Positions 31,080-41,956 of a DNA stretch of 64,000 bases are shown here, piece after piece (the first letter of the stretch is position 1; every line of letters begins with the position of its first letter). Made by a program: the position numbers and the translations under genes. This DNA is from Rhizomicrobium sp. GTDB lineage: Bacteria > Pseudomonadota > Alphaproteobacteria > Micropepsales > Micropepsaceae. The stretch covers positions 4,068 through 68,067 of the forward strand of contig JBBCHP010000013.1 in NCBI GenBank assembly GCA_037201525.1, written 5' to 3'. The notes beneath the pieces were generated by a model that made no database searches, was not told the origin of the DNA, and saw nothing but the letters and a program-made list of their open reading frames with translations.

Positions 31080-31195
31080 CAATCGCCACGTTCTGTCCGA
31101 AATCGCTGCCGTTCCCGATTGCGGCTTCGTCGCACTCTTGCGAACGCGGGCTCCGGACCGAGAAACGATCCAGATCCCGCCCGCGGAAACGCTTT

Positions 31196-32055
31196 CTAAG
31201 CTTCTTGCGGCCGCACGCGATAGGGGATGTCGTCGCTGCGATCAGCACGCGTTCCATCACACGCGGATAGTCACCATAGTCGCCGCAACCGCGTAGTGCA
31301 GTGCCGCACGGTTGTCCCAGAATGCAATCGAGTGCTTCTGCCAGCGGAAGCGAACGTGATATTCCGCACGCTTCACTTCGTCATAGAGCTGCGCGAGCAG
31401 CGCATCGCTCTCGGCGCGGTCGAGATCGACGATTGCGCGGCTTGAGGCTCCAGTTCACCCAGAAGATATCTTCGCCGGTTTCGGGATGCGTGCGAATGAT
31501 CGGATGAGCGACCAACGGATAGCGCACGCCCGACTTCTTCAACGCATCCTGATAATCGTGGATGACGTAGAGGGAATCGATTTTGTCGCGGAGTTCCGCC
31601 GGCATGCCGCGCAGGATCGCGCCGCCGTTTGCCCAGATCGTGTCGCCGGCCGACATCGGGAATATCTGCAGCCCGCAAGACCGCACCAAAAGACGGATTG
31701 AGGCGCCAGCTCGTATCGGTGTGCCAGTGATTTTCCGGATGTCGTAGCCGTGCTTGGCGAATTCGCGCGCGTCGATCGGCTGAATGGTGCGGTATTTGTC
31801 GAGACCGCCGGTGGGGTGGTCGTAGAGCTCGCCGAAATTACGCGCGAAAGCGAGATGCTGGTCGTAGGAAATGTCCTGGTTACGGAAGAACAGGACCTTG
31901 TGCGCGAGCAGAAGCCGACGCAGCTCATCGCGAATTTCCGGCGACAGCGGCTGACGCAAATCGATATCGCCGACTTCCGCACCGATCACGGGGCTTAGTT
32001 TCTGCACGGAGAGCGGACTGTTCTCAGTTTGAATTTTAAGGGCGGCCGAGCTCAT
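31196..32055 (-). CDS. TauD/TfdA alpha-ketoglutarate-dependent dioxygenase (frameshifted)
   Basis: LSPVIGAEV, LLLAHKVLFFRNQ, GDTIWA, HPIIRTHPETGE, C-terminal HYA..DYGDYPRVMERV. Confidence 0.85.
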
Positions 32056-32254
32056 GGAGTTTCCTTCCTCGGTTGGGTTTGGGTCGTGAACGTCGCGCAA
32101 TTAAGCGACCTGCCGGACGCCGCCGCCAATCAGAACTTCTCAACCTCGGCCTGAGCGGGCGACAAGCCCCGCCAGAGTCATGGCAAGTGTTGAGGCTCAA
32201 CTCGCTCTTGAGAAACTCTCGTTTTACCGCCCGCCATAGGTTCTACTAACAATA

Positions 32255-32273
32255 CTATACTAAATTGATAGAG
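32255..32273. promoter_or_regulatory. Sulfur-island operator-like motif, copy 1 (CTATACTAAATTGATAGAG)
   Basis: 16/19 identity to the reverse complement of 39231-39249; between divergent tauD-like and TonB receptor genes. Confidence 0.55.
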
Positions 32274-32406
32274 TTAATCATATGACGCCGTTGTGAGAGC
32301 AATGACGCGCGTCGATGGGGGAACATCTGAGCAGGAAAAATCCGCGCGCTGCATGCGGCGGATCGCTATGTCAACGCGCCAATTGGCGCCTGTCGAAAGT
32401 AGGATC

Positions 32407-34948
32407 ATGCGTATTCGCAATCTGCAGAAAACTTTATTGACCACAGTCGCATTTGCCGCCCTGGCTCTGAACGGCAATTCGGCCGGCGCACAGGAGCGAA
32501 CGGCCGAGAATGCCGCCGCCGACCTTTCGTCAGGAATCGAAACGGTTGTCGTCACCGGCGTACGGGGGCAACGGCGTACTGTTGCCGACAGCCCCGTGCC
32601 GATCGATGTGCTCAGTGGCCATCAATTGCAGGAGAACGGCCGCGGTGCTTTGAAGGAAGTGTTTCAGGACGTTGATTCCGTCGTTCAACCTGCCTGGCGT
32701 CAACGGCGGTGGGACATCCTGGGCGGTGCGGGCAACGACCATGCGCGGGCTGAACGGTGACCAAGTATTGTACTTGGTCAATGGAAAGCGCCGGCACACC
32801 ACCGCACTAATCAATAACCTCGCGCGCGTCGGCAACGGCGGCGTGCCCGTGGATCTCGATTTGATACCGGTTGCGGCGGTCGATCATGTCGAAGTGCTAC
32901 GCGACGGAGCGGCGGCGCAATACGGCTCGGACGCCATTGCCGGCGTGATCAACATCATCCTCAAGGATGGCGCCGAGGGCGGTGAATCGAACAGCACTGT
33001 CGGCCTGAATTATGCCGGCGACGGATTCAGCGCGCATGAGGCGGCCGACTACGGGATCGCGCTGCCCCATGATGGTTTTGCCCATTTCGCCATTGATGCG
33101 CGCACCAGCGCGCCGTGGTATCGCAATGAGGCCGCGACCACGACGTATCTCTACAATCTGTTGCCCGATGGCTTGCCCGATCCGCGTGAGGCGACCATCG
33201 ACCGGTCCGCCTTCGGCCATCCTTACGGCGGTGCCAGCGACAAGATCTTCAGCCTCTCTTACAATGCCGATCAGCCGCTGAACGACGGCGTGACCCTGTA
33301 TTCCTTTTCGACCGTCAGTCACCGTTTCACGGAAAAGAATACCGGCAGCTTTCTGCCCTCCAATATCAACTCGCTTCCGGAAATCTATCCCAACGGCTTT
33401 CAGGCCTACCGCATCATCAACGAATATGATTTCCAGTCTGCGCTGGGCGCCAAGGGCGCACTCGACTCCTGGAATTGGGATCTCAGCACAAATTTCGCGC
33501 AGGATTACGCCAATCTCGATGGGCGTCATACGCTCAACGCAACGCTGGGGCCGAGCAGCCCGACCGCGTTCCATTTGAGCCGCCACGATTTCCAGCAATG
33601 GACCAACACGCTGGACGTGACACGTCCCTTTGACATCGGCCTGGCCGCACCACTCGCCGTTTCCTTTGGCGCGGAGCACCGCTATGAGTGGTTCCAGATC
33701 GGCGCCGGCGATCCTTTGGCCTATAAGATCGGCGATTACGTCATTCCGGCCGGCCAGCCGCATGCAGGCCTCAGTCCAATTCCCGGCCTCGCCTCCTACG
33801 CGGCGGCGACGCCGGGCGATGCCGGCCAGATCGACCGCAATAATTTTGCCGGATATTTTGATCTCGATACCAATATCCTGCCCAATTGGTATGTCGGTCT
33901 CGCCGGACGGTTCGAGCACTACACCGACAGTTCCGGCGATTCCAAAAGCGGCAAGTTCACAACGCGCTACGAATTTCTTCCCGGTTACGCCATCCGCGGA
34001 ACGATCAGCAACGGTTTCCGTGCCCCGTCGCTGGCGCAGGAAATATTTTCGACACCCACATTCAGTGGCCAATACAACAAACTCACTGGAGTCAACGATA
34101 TCTATGAACTACAGGTTCTGCCGGTCACCCGCCCCGCCGCCCAAGCGTTGGGTGCGACGCCGCTGACGCCGGAACAGTCCCAGAATTACAGCGTCGGCCT
34201 TACGGCGCAGCCGATTGAGAATCTCAACTTCTCGGTCGATGCCTATCAGATCAATGTGCACAACCGAATTCTGCTCAGCGGCAATATCGGCGGTCTGCCG
34301 GGCAGCCCGCAGCAGAATTTCGTCAACTCGATCATCGAGCAATATGGCCTGACGCCGGACACCATCATCCAATATTACACCAACGCAGTGTCGACCCGCA
34401 CAAGGGGCGTCGATGTGGTCGGCGACTATGCCATCGACCTCGGCGACTACGGCGGCTTGACGCTAAGTGCGGCCTACTCCTGGAACCAGACTGAAATCAC
34501 CCACCTCAATCCGACACCGCTGGTCCTTCAGGGCCAAAACATCGCGCTTGTTGGCTATCAGCGCGAGGGAGACCTCACGGTCGCAACCCCGAAAGGCAAA
34601 TTGCTTTTTACAGGCGACTGGCACGAGAACGATCTGGGCGTCCATTTGCAAGTGACGCGTTATGGATCCTACACCGAACGCGGCACCGTCGATCCGAACG
34701 TTAATCCGCTCTTGGCGAGTGACCGGACCTACAGCCCGAAGTGGATTGCCAATCTGGCATTCACCTATGACATCAATAGCAAATTGTCCCTGACCGTCGG
34801 CGCCGACAATCTCTTCAACACCTATCCCGACAAGATCGGTCCGGTGGACGCCAATACCGGCATCGGACAATATGGTCTGTTCTCGCCATTCGGGATCAGC
34901 GGCGGATTTTATTACACCAGGCTGGGCGTGAAGCTGGGAGATTTGTGA
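32407..34948 (+). CDS. TonB-dependent outer membrane receptor (frameshift near 32670)
   Basis: Signal peptide, TonB box ETVVVTG, RGLNGDQVLYLVNGKRR, VEVLRDGAAAQYGSDAIAGVINIILK, GADNLFNTYPD. Confidence 0.92.
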
Positions 34949-35577
34949 CGATGCGCTTGCCTTCGCCGCCGGTCGCCACCCGCGACATCGCCCGATTGCG
35001 CAGGGCAACGACGGAGTTCTCCAGACTGGTCCGGGGAGTAAGCGGTGAAGCAGAAATCTTGCGCGAAGGCGAAGCGGTTTTGGCCAGCCTGATTGCGCAA
35101 GACGACTGGCTGCTGGACGCCTATGCCGAGGCGAGAACGGAGCGCTATCAGCAATATCTTCTGTATTGCGACGCGGAGGAGCGTTTCTCGATCGTCAGTT
35201 TCGTCTGGGGGCCAGGTCAGGAAACTCCGATCCACAATCATACCGTTTGGGGCCTGGTCGGCGTGTTGCGGGGCGCGGAGCAATCGCAACGCTACGCGCT
35301 CGTTGACGGGAAGTTGATACCGACCGGAATGGAGGAATTGCTACCGGTCGGCAGTGTCGATGCGGTGTCGCCGCGCGTCGGCGACATCCACAAAGTTCGC
35401 AATGCCTTTAACGATCGCGATTCAATCTCCATCCACGTTTATGGCGGCAATATTGGCGCAGTGCGGCGCGCAGTCTATCGAACCGATGGAGACGAAAAGC
35501 CCTTCATATCCGGATATTCCAATACATCTCTGCCCAATCTCTGGGATCGCTCGGCCGAGTCTGCAGACGCTGCATGA
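34945..35577 (+). CDS. Thiol dioxygenase of the cysteine dioxygenase family, Gln-type (3-mercaptopropionate dioxygenase-like)
   Basis: YQQYLLY, TPIHNHTVWG, DIHKV, SISIHVYG. Confidence 0.85.
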   Translation: MTMRLPSPPVATRDIARLRRATTEFSRLVRGVSGEAEILREGEAVLASLIAQDDWLLDAYAEARTERYQQYLLYCDAEERFSIVSFVWGPGQETPIHNHTVWGLVGVLRGAEQSQRYALVDGKLIPTGMEELLPVGSVDAVSPRVGDIHKVRNAFNDRDSISIHVYGGNIGAVRRAVYRTDGDEKPFISGYSNTSLPNLWDRSAESADAA

Positions 35578-37148
35578 GCATTCCGGTCGAAACGACAGCC
35601 AGCGTGCGTGCGCGGCTGGCGGCCAATGACGAGATCGCGCTGATCGATCTGCGGGAAGAGGGCGTCTTCGCCGAAGCCCATCCCTTGTTCGCCGCCTCTC
35701 TCCCGTTTGGCCGCATTGAACTGGAGGTACTGGATCGATTGCCGCGTAAAGCCGTGCCGATCATTGTCTATGATTTCGGCGAAGGATTGGTCGAACCGGC
35801 GCATGCACGGTTGCGATCGCTGGGGTACACGAATATCTCCGCCTTGGATGGTGGCCTTGCAGGTTGGCGACGTGACGGCGGCGAGATCTTCCGCGATGTC
35901 AATACACCGAGCAAGGCGTTCGGCGAGCTTGTCGAATCCCGCCGCCATACGCCATCGCTTTCGGCGCAAGAGGTGAAAGCGCTGATCGATTCTCGCGAGA
36001 ACGTCGCCGTTCTCGATGCCCGCCGGTTCGACGAATATCAAACCATGAGCATCCCGGGTGGTATCAGCGTGCCAGGCGGTGAACTCGTCTATCGCGCCGC
36101 CGCCGTGGTTCCCGACCGGGATACGACGATTATCGTCAATTGCGCAGGCCGCACCCGCAGCCTGATTGGCACACAATCTCTCATCAACGCCGGTATCGCC
36201 AACAAGGTATTTGCTCTGCGCAACGGCACTATCGGTTGGAGCCTTGCGGGACAGGAGCTGGAGCATGGGCAGTCACGGCGCTTTGCGGAAGACGCACATG
36301 CCGATCCGCATACAGCTAAGAACGGCCGCGCGCTCGCGAACCGTGCCGGTGTGCATCGCCTGTCGATCGATCAATTGTCGTCGCTGCTCTATGAGCGCGG
36401 TCGCACCACCTATCGCTTCGACGTTCGGACCCCGGCGGAATATGCCGCTGGGCACCTTCCCGGCTTTCGTTCCGCTCCCGGCGGCCAGTTAGTGCAGGAA
36501 ACGGACGTCTTTGCGCCCGTTCGCGGCGCGCGCATCATACTGGCCGACGACACACAGGTGCGCGCCGACATGACTGGGTCATGGCTGGCGCAAATGGGTT
36601 GGGAGGTCTTGGTCTTGGACGAGGACATTCGCAATCTCAGCCTGGAAACGGGGGAATGGCGTGCCAGACGGACTGCCTTTCCGGTCGTGCCGACACTTGA
36701 TGCCACGGAACTGAAACAACTGACCGATCAAGGTCGCGCCACCGTGTTCGATCTGTCGTCCAGTGCGATTTATGCGAAAGCCCATATCCCCGGCGCATGG
36801 TTTGCATTGCGCTCAGCGCTGCAGAATGCTTTCGCATCGGCGCCACGACGAGAAATTACCGTTCTCACCGCGGATGACGATGCATTGCCGCGCTACGCCG
36901 CGGCCGATTTGCGCGCGCTGGCGATCGAGGCCCACGTGCTTAACGGCGGAAACCGCGCGTGGAACGAGGCCGGCTATCCGCTTGAGCGGGACATTGTGCA
37001 TTATGCATCCCCGCCGACTGACCGTTATCGTCGGCCCTATGAGGGAACCGATAACCCGGTCAGCGCCATGCAGGCCTATCTGGATTGGGAATATGGGCTG
37101 GTGGCCCAGCTCGAGCGGGACGGCACGCATCGCTTCCATGTCATCTGA
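35574..37148 (+). CDS. Multidomain rhodanese-related sulfurtransferase
   Basis: Four rhodanese-like repeats (LIDLREE, LDARR, FDVRT, FDLSS), active-site loop VNCAGRTRS. Confidence 0.88.
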   Translation: MSIPVETTASVRARLAANDEIALIDLREEGVFAEAHPLFAASLPFGRIELEVLDRLPRKAVPIIVYDFGEGLVEPAHARLRSLGYTNISALDGGLAGWRRDGGEIFRDVNTPSKAFGELVESRRHTPSLSAQEVKALIDSRENVAVLDARRFDEYQTMSIPGGISVPGGELVYRAAAVVPDRDTTIIVNCAGRTRSLIGTQSLINAGIANKVFALRNGTIGWSLAGQELEHGQSRRFAEDAHADPHTAKNGRALANRAGVHRLSIDQLSSLLYERGRTTYRFDVRTPAEYAAGHLPGFRSAPGGQLVQETDVFAPVRGARIILADDTQVRADMTGSWLAQMGWEVLVLDEDIRNLSLETGEWRARRTAFPVVPTLDATELKQLTDQGRATVFDLSSSAIYAKAHIPGAWFALRSALQNAFASAPRREITVLTADDDALPRYAAADLRALAIEAHVLNGGNRAWNEAGYPLERDIVHYASPPTDRYRRPYEGTDNPVSAMQAYLDWEYGLVAQLERDGTHRFHVI

Positions 37149-37248
37149 CTGTCCTTGTCAATCCTCATTGGCAGCATTTCAAGATTGAATTTTCGCAGTT
37201 GCACACGACTGCCTAATCTCTACCGGCAAACAGAGATTGAGGTTGGTC

Positions 37249-38343
37249 ATGAGCGTCGAGTTCATCGGAATCGTGCATGCACAGGACGTATCCGAGATCA
37301 GGCCGGCTTCGGGCCCGGCCATCGACCTCAGCTACATCGAAAAAATGGCGTGCGCCCATGAAGATGGTGATTTCGACCGCGTGCTGGTCGCTTTCGGTTC
37401 GGCGTCGCCAGAGAGCATCTTGATCGGCGCCCATGCGGCGGCGGCGACCTCGCGGCTGGGCTTGATGATTGCGCATCGGCCCGGATTCACCGCGCCCACC
37501 ATCGCCGCGCGCCAATTCGCGACCCTCGACCAGATCAGCAAGGGCCGTGCTGCTGTCCATATTATCACCGGCGGCGACGATGCCGAGATGCGGCGTGATG
37601 GCGACAATACGACCAAGGACGAACGCTATGCACGGACGGACGAGTACCTCGACATCATGAGGCTTGAATGGACGAGCGACCGGCCATTCGACTATCACGG
37701 CAAGTTCTACAATGTTGAACAGGGCTTCTCTTCGGTGAAGAGCGTGAAAGCGCCCCACATCCCGGTTTATTTTGGCGGCTCATCCGAAGCGGCGATCCCG
37801 GTCGCAGGCAAACATGCCGATATCTACGCGCTTTGGGGGGAAACCCAAGCCCAGGTGCGTGAAACGATTGCACGCTTGCGCGCCGCAGCCGCCAAACACG
37901 GCCGCGAGCTTCGCTTCAGCCTGTCGCTACGGCCAATCCTGGCAGAGACGGAAGATGCGGCCTGGGCTCGCGCAGATAGCATCCTGGAGAAGGTCAAGGA
38001 AATCCGAACCGCCCAAGGGCTTCCGATCAGCGGCCACCGTCCACCCAATGAAGGTTCGCGCCGTTTGCTGGCCGCCGCATCGCAGGGCAGCCGGCTCGAT
38101 CAACGGCTATGGACCGGCGTTGCCGCCGTAACCGGCGCGCAAGGCAATTCGACCTCGCTGGTCGGCACGCCGCAGCAAGTCGCAGACGCGCTGCTGGAAT
38201 ACTACGATCTCGGCGTCACGACCTTCTTGATCCGTGGTTTCGATCCTTATGAAGATGCGATTGATTACGGCCGTAATCTGATTCCGCTTGTGCGCGAACT
38301 GGTGGCGGCTCGCCAGGGCATTCAGCCGGCGCATGCTGTCTAG
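37249..38343 (+). CDS. LLM-class flavin-dependent monooxygenase (SsuD/MsuD-like)
   Basis: MIAHRPGF, ATLDQISKGR, VYFGGSSEAA, LVGTPQQVADALLEY. Confidence 0.88.
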   Translation: MSVEFIGIVHAQDVSEIRPASGPAIDLSYIEKMACAHEDGDFDRVLVAFGSASPESILIGAHAAAATSRLGLMIAHRPGFTAPTIAARQFATLDQISKGRAAVHIITGGDDAEMRRDGDNTTKDERYARTDEYLDIMRLEWTSDRPFDYHGKFYNVEQGFSSVKSVKAPHIPVYFGGSSEAAIPVAGKHADIYALWGETQAQVRETIARLRAAAAKHGRELRFSLSLRPILAETEDAAWARADSILEKVKEIRTAQGLPISGHRPPNEGSRRLLAAASQGSRLDQRLWTGVAAVTGAQGNSTSLVGTPQQVADALLEYYDLGVTTFLIRGFDPYEDAIDYGRNLIPLVRELVAARQGIQPAHAV

Positions 38344-39200
38344 GGTAAGTCGGCAACCGCCGTGCGGATGAGTTCGCTCAAGCGTGCTACTGCAGCGTTC
38401 TCGGAATTGTGGGTGCGTAGCGCATAGGCAATCTGCGGCAGAGCCGGTAGCCGCGAGCCTTCGATCGAGGAGGTTCCGGCACCGCTGGCGAACAGGGCCG
38501 TGCGGCAGGTGACGCCAAGGCCACCGGCCACCGCTGCCCGCAATCCGGTCAGATGCGGCGTCTGCACCACAATGCGATACGGCACGCCGGCTTTTTCAAG
38601 CGTACGCAACGCAATGTTGCGAAAAGCGCAAGGCTCGGTCAACACGGCGAGCGGCAAGACGTTTTGGTCCGCCAGATCGGGTTGGCCGATCCACATCGTG
38701 TCGGCGCGGCGGATCACGCCGGGATCGTCTAGCGGGGAAACGCACAACACGACATCCAGCCTCCCCTCCTTCAGATGATCTAGCAGTTCGGAAGTTCCGG
38801 TGGCGCGTACTTCAAGCTGGGCTTCGCGATGCAATTGCGAGAAGTGGCGCAGTACGCCGCTCAACAACACCTCGGCGAAATCCTGAACCATGCCGACCCG
38901 GACCGGTCCGTGGACCGCGTCGCCGCGTAACGCGACGACGGCCTGGTCGTTCAGGGCTAGAATTTTTTTGGCAAAGGCGACCAGCTCGTGGCCGGCGGGT
39001 GTCAGTACCAATCGTCTGGCACCCTCGCGCAGGAACAGCGGACGCTGAAGCAATTCTTCTAGCCGCTTGATCTGCAGGCTGAGAGCGGACTGGGTGACGA
39101 AGATGCGTTCGGTCGCCTTCGCCATCGAGCCGGTATCGACGATCGCAGCAAAGCTGCGCAGCAATTCCATTGGAAGATTGGTCGCCACTATGGCCCTCAC
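38340..39200 (-). CDS. LysR-family transcriptional regulator
   Basis: LLRSFAAIVDTGSMAKATERIFVTQSALSLQIKRLEE HTH; start codon uncertain. Confidence 0.9.
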   Translation of the reverse strand: MRAIVATNLPMELLRSFAAIVDTGSMAKATERIFVTQSALSLQIKRLEELLQRPLFLREGARRLVLTPAGHELVAFAKKILALNDQAVVALRGDAVHGPVRVGMVQDFAEVLLSGVLRHFSQLHREAQLEVRATGTSELLDHLKEGRLDVVLCVSPLDDPGVIRRADTMWIGQPDLADQNVLPLAVLTEPCAFRNIALRTLEKAGVPYRIVVQTPHLTGLRAAVAGGLGVTCRTALFASGAGTSSIEGSRLPALPQIAYALRTHNSENAAVARLSELIRTAVADLP

Positions 39201-39230
39201 ATTCGACGCAGGGAGTTTGTAATATATATA

Positions 39231-39249
39231 CTCTATCAATTAGCTATAG
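39231..39249. promoter_or_regulatory. Sulfur-island operator-like motif, copy 2 (CTCTATCAATTAGCTATAG)
   Basis: Between divergent lysR and ssuA-like genes; matches copy 1 on the opposite strand. Confidence 0.55.
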
Positions 39250-39293
39250 TATCGTACAGGCCCGCTAGATTGCTGAATTTGGAGATGGAAAAC

Positions 39294-40253
39294 ATGCGTC
39301 TTAAAGCCCGCTTATCGCTCGGAATCTTCCTGAGTCTGATTTGCTCCGTGCTGGCGCTGAGCCCGGCGCTCGCGGCGCCGGGCACGGTGCTTAAGATCGG
39401 CGATCAAAAGGGCGCGGAGCGTGCGTTGATGACGGCGGCCGGCGTACTCGATCACGTTCCCTATCGCATCGAGTGGGACGTCTTCGCCTCGGCGCAAGCG
39501 TTGCTTGAGGCACTGAATGCCGGCGCGATCGACACGGGCGGGGTCGGCGATGGACCATTCCTGTTTGCCTATGCGGCACGCTCGCCCATCAAGGTCGTCG
39601 CCGTTTATCACAGCGATGTTGGCGAGAGCGTTGCCATCGTCGTGCCCAAGAACAGCACAATCCGAAGCGCCGCCGATCTCAAAGGACATACGATCGGTAC
39701 GACGCGGGGCTCGATCGGGCATTTCCTGCTTCTTAAAGCGCTGGCCCAGGCCAAACTGACGCCGCGCGACGTGACGGTGGCGTTTCTCGATCCCGGCAGC
39801 GCCAAGGCCGCGATGGAGAGCGGTTCGATCGACGCTTGGTCGACCTGGGACCCCTATGTCGCGCTGGCGCAGGTGCAGGATAGGGCGCGCGTCGCGGTCA
39901 GCAGTAAGAATTTGCTTCCCGGCTATGGCTATCAGGCTGCAAGCAACGGCGCGATCGCTGGCAAGCGTGCAGTGCTCGACGATTTCCTGAACCGTCTGGC
40001 GAAGGCGCGGCGTTGGGCCATGGCGCATAAAGAGGCTTATGCAGCGGTTTGGGCCAAGGAAACCGGGCTGCCGCAATCGGTGGCGCAGCTCGCGCTGGGC
40101 CGTCAGAATTATGCGCCGGTGCCGATCGACGATCGGGTGGTTTCTGCATTGGGGCAGGCTGCTGGCGTTTATCGCGCGGCTGGCGTCATCGCGGATGTAC
40201 CGGGGATCCCGGCGGCGTTCGACAAGTCCTTCAATGATGCCTATGTGCCGTAG
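39294..40253 (+). CDS. Sulfonate ABC transporter substrate-binding protein (SsuA-like)
   Basis: Signal peptide, LKIGDQKG, LLEALNAGAID, DLKGHTIGTTRGSIGH, IDAWSTWDPY. Confidence 0.85.
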   Translation: MRLKARLSLGIFLSLICSVLALSPALAAPGTVLKIGDQKGAERALMTAAGVLDHVPYRIEWDVFASAQALLEALNAGAIDTGGVGDGPFLFAYAARSPIKVVAVYHSDVGESVAIVVPKNSTIRSAADLKGHTIGTTRGSIGHFLLLKALAQAKLTPRDVTVAFLDPGSAKAAMESGSIDAWSTWDPYVALAQVQDRARVAVSSKNLLPGYGYQAASNGAIAGKRAVLDDFLNRLAKARRWAMAHKEAYAAVWAKETGLPQSVAQLALGRQNYAPVPIDDRVVSALGQAAGVYRAAGVIADVPGIPAAFDKSFNDAYVP

Positions 40254-40262
40254 CCCTAAGGC

Positions 40263-41069
40263 TTACGCGGAATGAATAACGGATAGGCCGCGCCGCGATT
40301 TAACCTCGTCGGTTTTGCGGCAGAACGATAGATCGGCCGGTTTGGAGATGGTGCCGTCGACATCGACGCCCAGGGCCGAAAGCAGTTCGGCCCGCATCGA
40401 GGAGAATCCCATCATGGCGCGGGCGCGCGGATGGGGCTGCGTGATTTTCAACTCGGTTCGTATGCGGCCATTTTCCAGAACCAGCGCGCGATCCGCCAAA
40501 AGCAGCGCCTCATCGACATCATGTGTTACCAGAAGAACGGAGGGCCGATGCGCCGCCCAGAGTGCAGAGACCAACTCGTGCATCCGAATTCGCGTCAGCG
40601 CGTCCAGCGCGGCGAAGGGTTCGTCCAGCAATAGGAGGCGTGGTTCGCGCACCAGCGCGCGCGCCAGCGCAACGCGTTGCGCTTCGCCGCCCGACAAAGT
40701 GACGGGCCATGCATCGAGGCGGTGCTCAAGGCCAACTTCCTTCAATGCGGCGACAGCGCGCTCGCGAGCGTCGCCACCATTCAGCCCCAGCGTCACGTTT
40801 TGCCAAACCTTTTTCCAGGGCATTAGGCGGGGCTCCTGGAACACTACGGCACGGGTCGCCGGAAGCCGCACATCGCCTTCGCTGACCGGATCGAGACCCG
40901 CCAAGGTGCGCAGGAAGGTCGTCTTGCCCGAGCCGCTACGTCCCAGCAGCGCCACGAACTCGCCGCCGGCGATATCGAGATCGAGGCCGCGCAACACGGT
41001 CGTCGCGCCGAATCTGCGGGTGAGACCGCGTACGGCGACATCGGTTGATGAAAGCGGCTTGGTATCCAT
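40263..41069 (-). CDS. ssuB: Sulfonate ABC transporter ATP-binding protein (SsuB-like)
   Basis: GRSGSGKT, LSGGEAQRVALARAL, LLLLDEPF, VTHDVDEA. Confidence 0.85.
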   Translation of the reverse strand: MDTKPLSSTDVAVRGLTRRFGATTVLRGLDLDIAGGEFVALLGRSGSGKTTFLRTLAGLDPVSEGDVRLPATRAVVFQEPRLMPWKKVWQNVTLGLNGGDARERAVAALKEVGLEHRLDAWPVTLSGGEAQRVALARALVREPRLLLLDEPFAALDALTRIRMHELVSALWAAHRPSVLLVTHDVDEALLLADRALVLENGRIRTELKITQPHPRARAMMGFSSMRAELLSALGVDVDGTISKPADLSFCRKTDEVKSRRGLSVIHSA

Positions 41070-41071
41070 GA

Positions 41072-41875
41072 TCAGCCTTTCAGGATGGACGGACGCCAGG
41101 CCAATGCCCGGTGTTCCAGCGTCCTGATAAAGATGTCGGTCAGCAGCCCGAGCAATCCGTAGACGACCAGGCCAACGACGATGATGTCGGTGCGCATGAA
41201 GTCGCGCGCTGACATGATGAGATAGCCGATGCCGCTGGAGGCGTTGATCTGCTCGGCAACCACCAGGCTCAGCCAGCTGATACCGACCGCGTAGCGTAGG
41301 CCGACCAAAAAGGACGGCAGGGCGCCCGGCAGCACGATATGGCGCAAGATCTGCCATCGGTTGAGTCCGAAGCATGCGCCTGCCTCCAGCAATTTCTTGT
41401 CGATGCCGCGGATGCCAGCATAAAGGTTCAGATAGACCGGATAGATCGTGCCCAAAGCGACCAATGCGATCTTAGGCGTCTCGCCGATGCCGAACCATAG
41501 GATGAACAGCGGCACCAGCGCCAGGAAAGGAATGGCGCGCAGGATCTGCAACGGCGCATCGACCGCCGCTTCGCCGCTGCGCGACAGGCCGGAGATCAGC
41601 GCAAAGATAGTGCCAAGGCTAACGCCGATAGCTAGTCCTTCCATCGCTCGGCGCAGCGAAACCAAAAGATTGTCCTGCAGCTCGCCGTCGGCGATCAGGC
41701 TCCAGAATGTGCCGAGCACATGCAACGGCGAGGCGAGCGTCCGCTCCGGTATCAGACCGCTGCCGGAGGCGATTTGCCAAGCGACCAAGATCAGGATCGG
41801 CGTGACCGCGCGGCTGGCTGGCCGCATGATTTTGTGCAGGAAGTCCGGGCTATTCTGCATTGCCGCATCGGTCAT
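41072..41875 (-). CDS. ssuC: Sulfonate ABC transporter permease (SsuC-like)
   Basis: PFLALVPLFILWFGIGE, LPGALPSFLVGLR, LVVAEQINASSGIGYL. Confidence 0.87.
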   Translation of the reverse strand: MTDAAMQNSPDFLHKIMRPASRAVTPILILVAWQIASGSGLIPERTLASPLHVLGTFWSLIADGELQDNLLVSLRRAMEGLAIGVSLGTIFALISGLSRSGEAAVDAPLQILRAIPFLALVPLFILWFGIGETPKIALVALGTIYPVYLNLYAGIRGIDKKLLEAGACFGLNRWQILRHIVLPGALPSFLVGLRYAVGISWLSLVVAEQINASSGIGYLIMSARDFMRTDIIVVGLVVYGLLGLLTDIFIRTLEHRALAWRPSILKG

Positions 41876-41890
41876 GGCGTTACCCAGTAT

Positions 41891-41909
41891 TTCTATCATA
41901 TTGATATAC
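41891..41909. promoter_or_regulatory. Sulfur-island operator-like motif, copy 3 (TTCTATCATATTGATATAC)
   Basis: Shares TCTATCA-N6-TATA with copies 1 and 2; just upstream of ssuC. Confidence 0.45.
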
Positions 41910-41956
41910 TTTAAAGCGCGATGGGCCAGGCCTCCCGCACCAAGCCGCAAGACGTG

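Noticed and set aside
32897-34072. Long antisense ORF (391 aa) and similar shadow ORFs (3015..4043, 7342..8337, 42600..43598, 48633..49637)
   Set aside because: They lie opposite well-supported genes, have no motifs, and are expected in high-GC DNA
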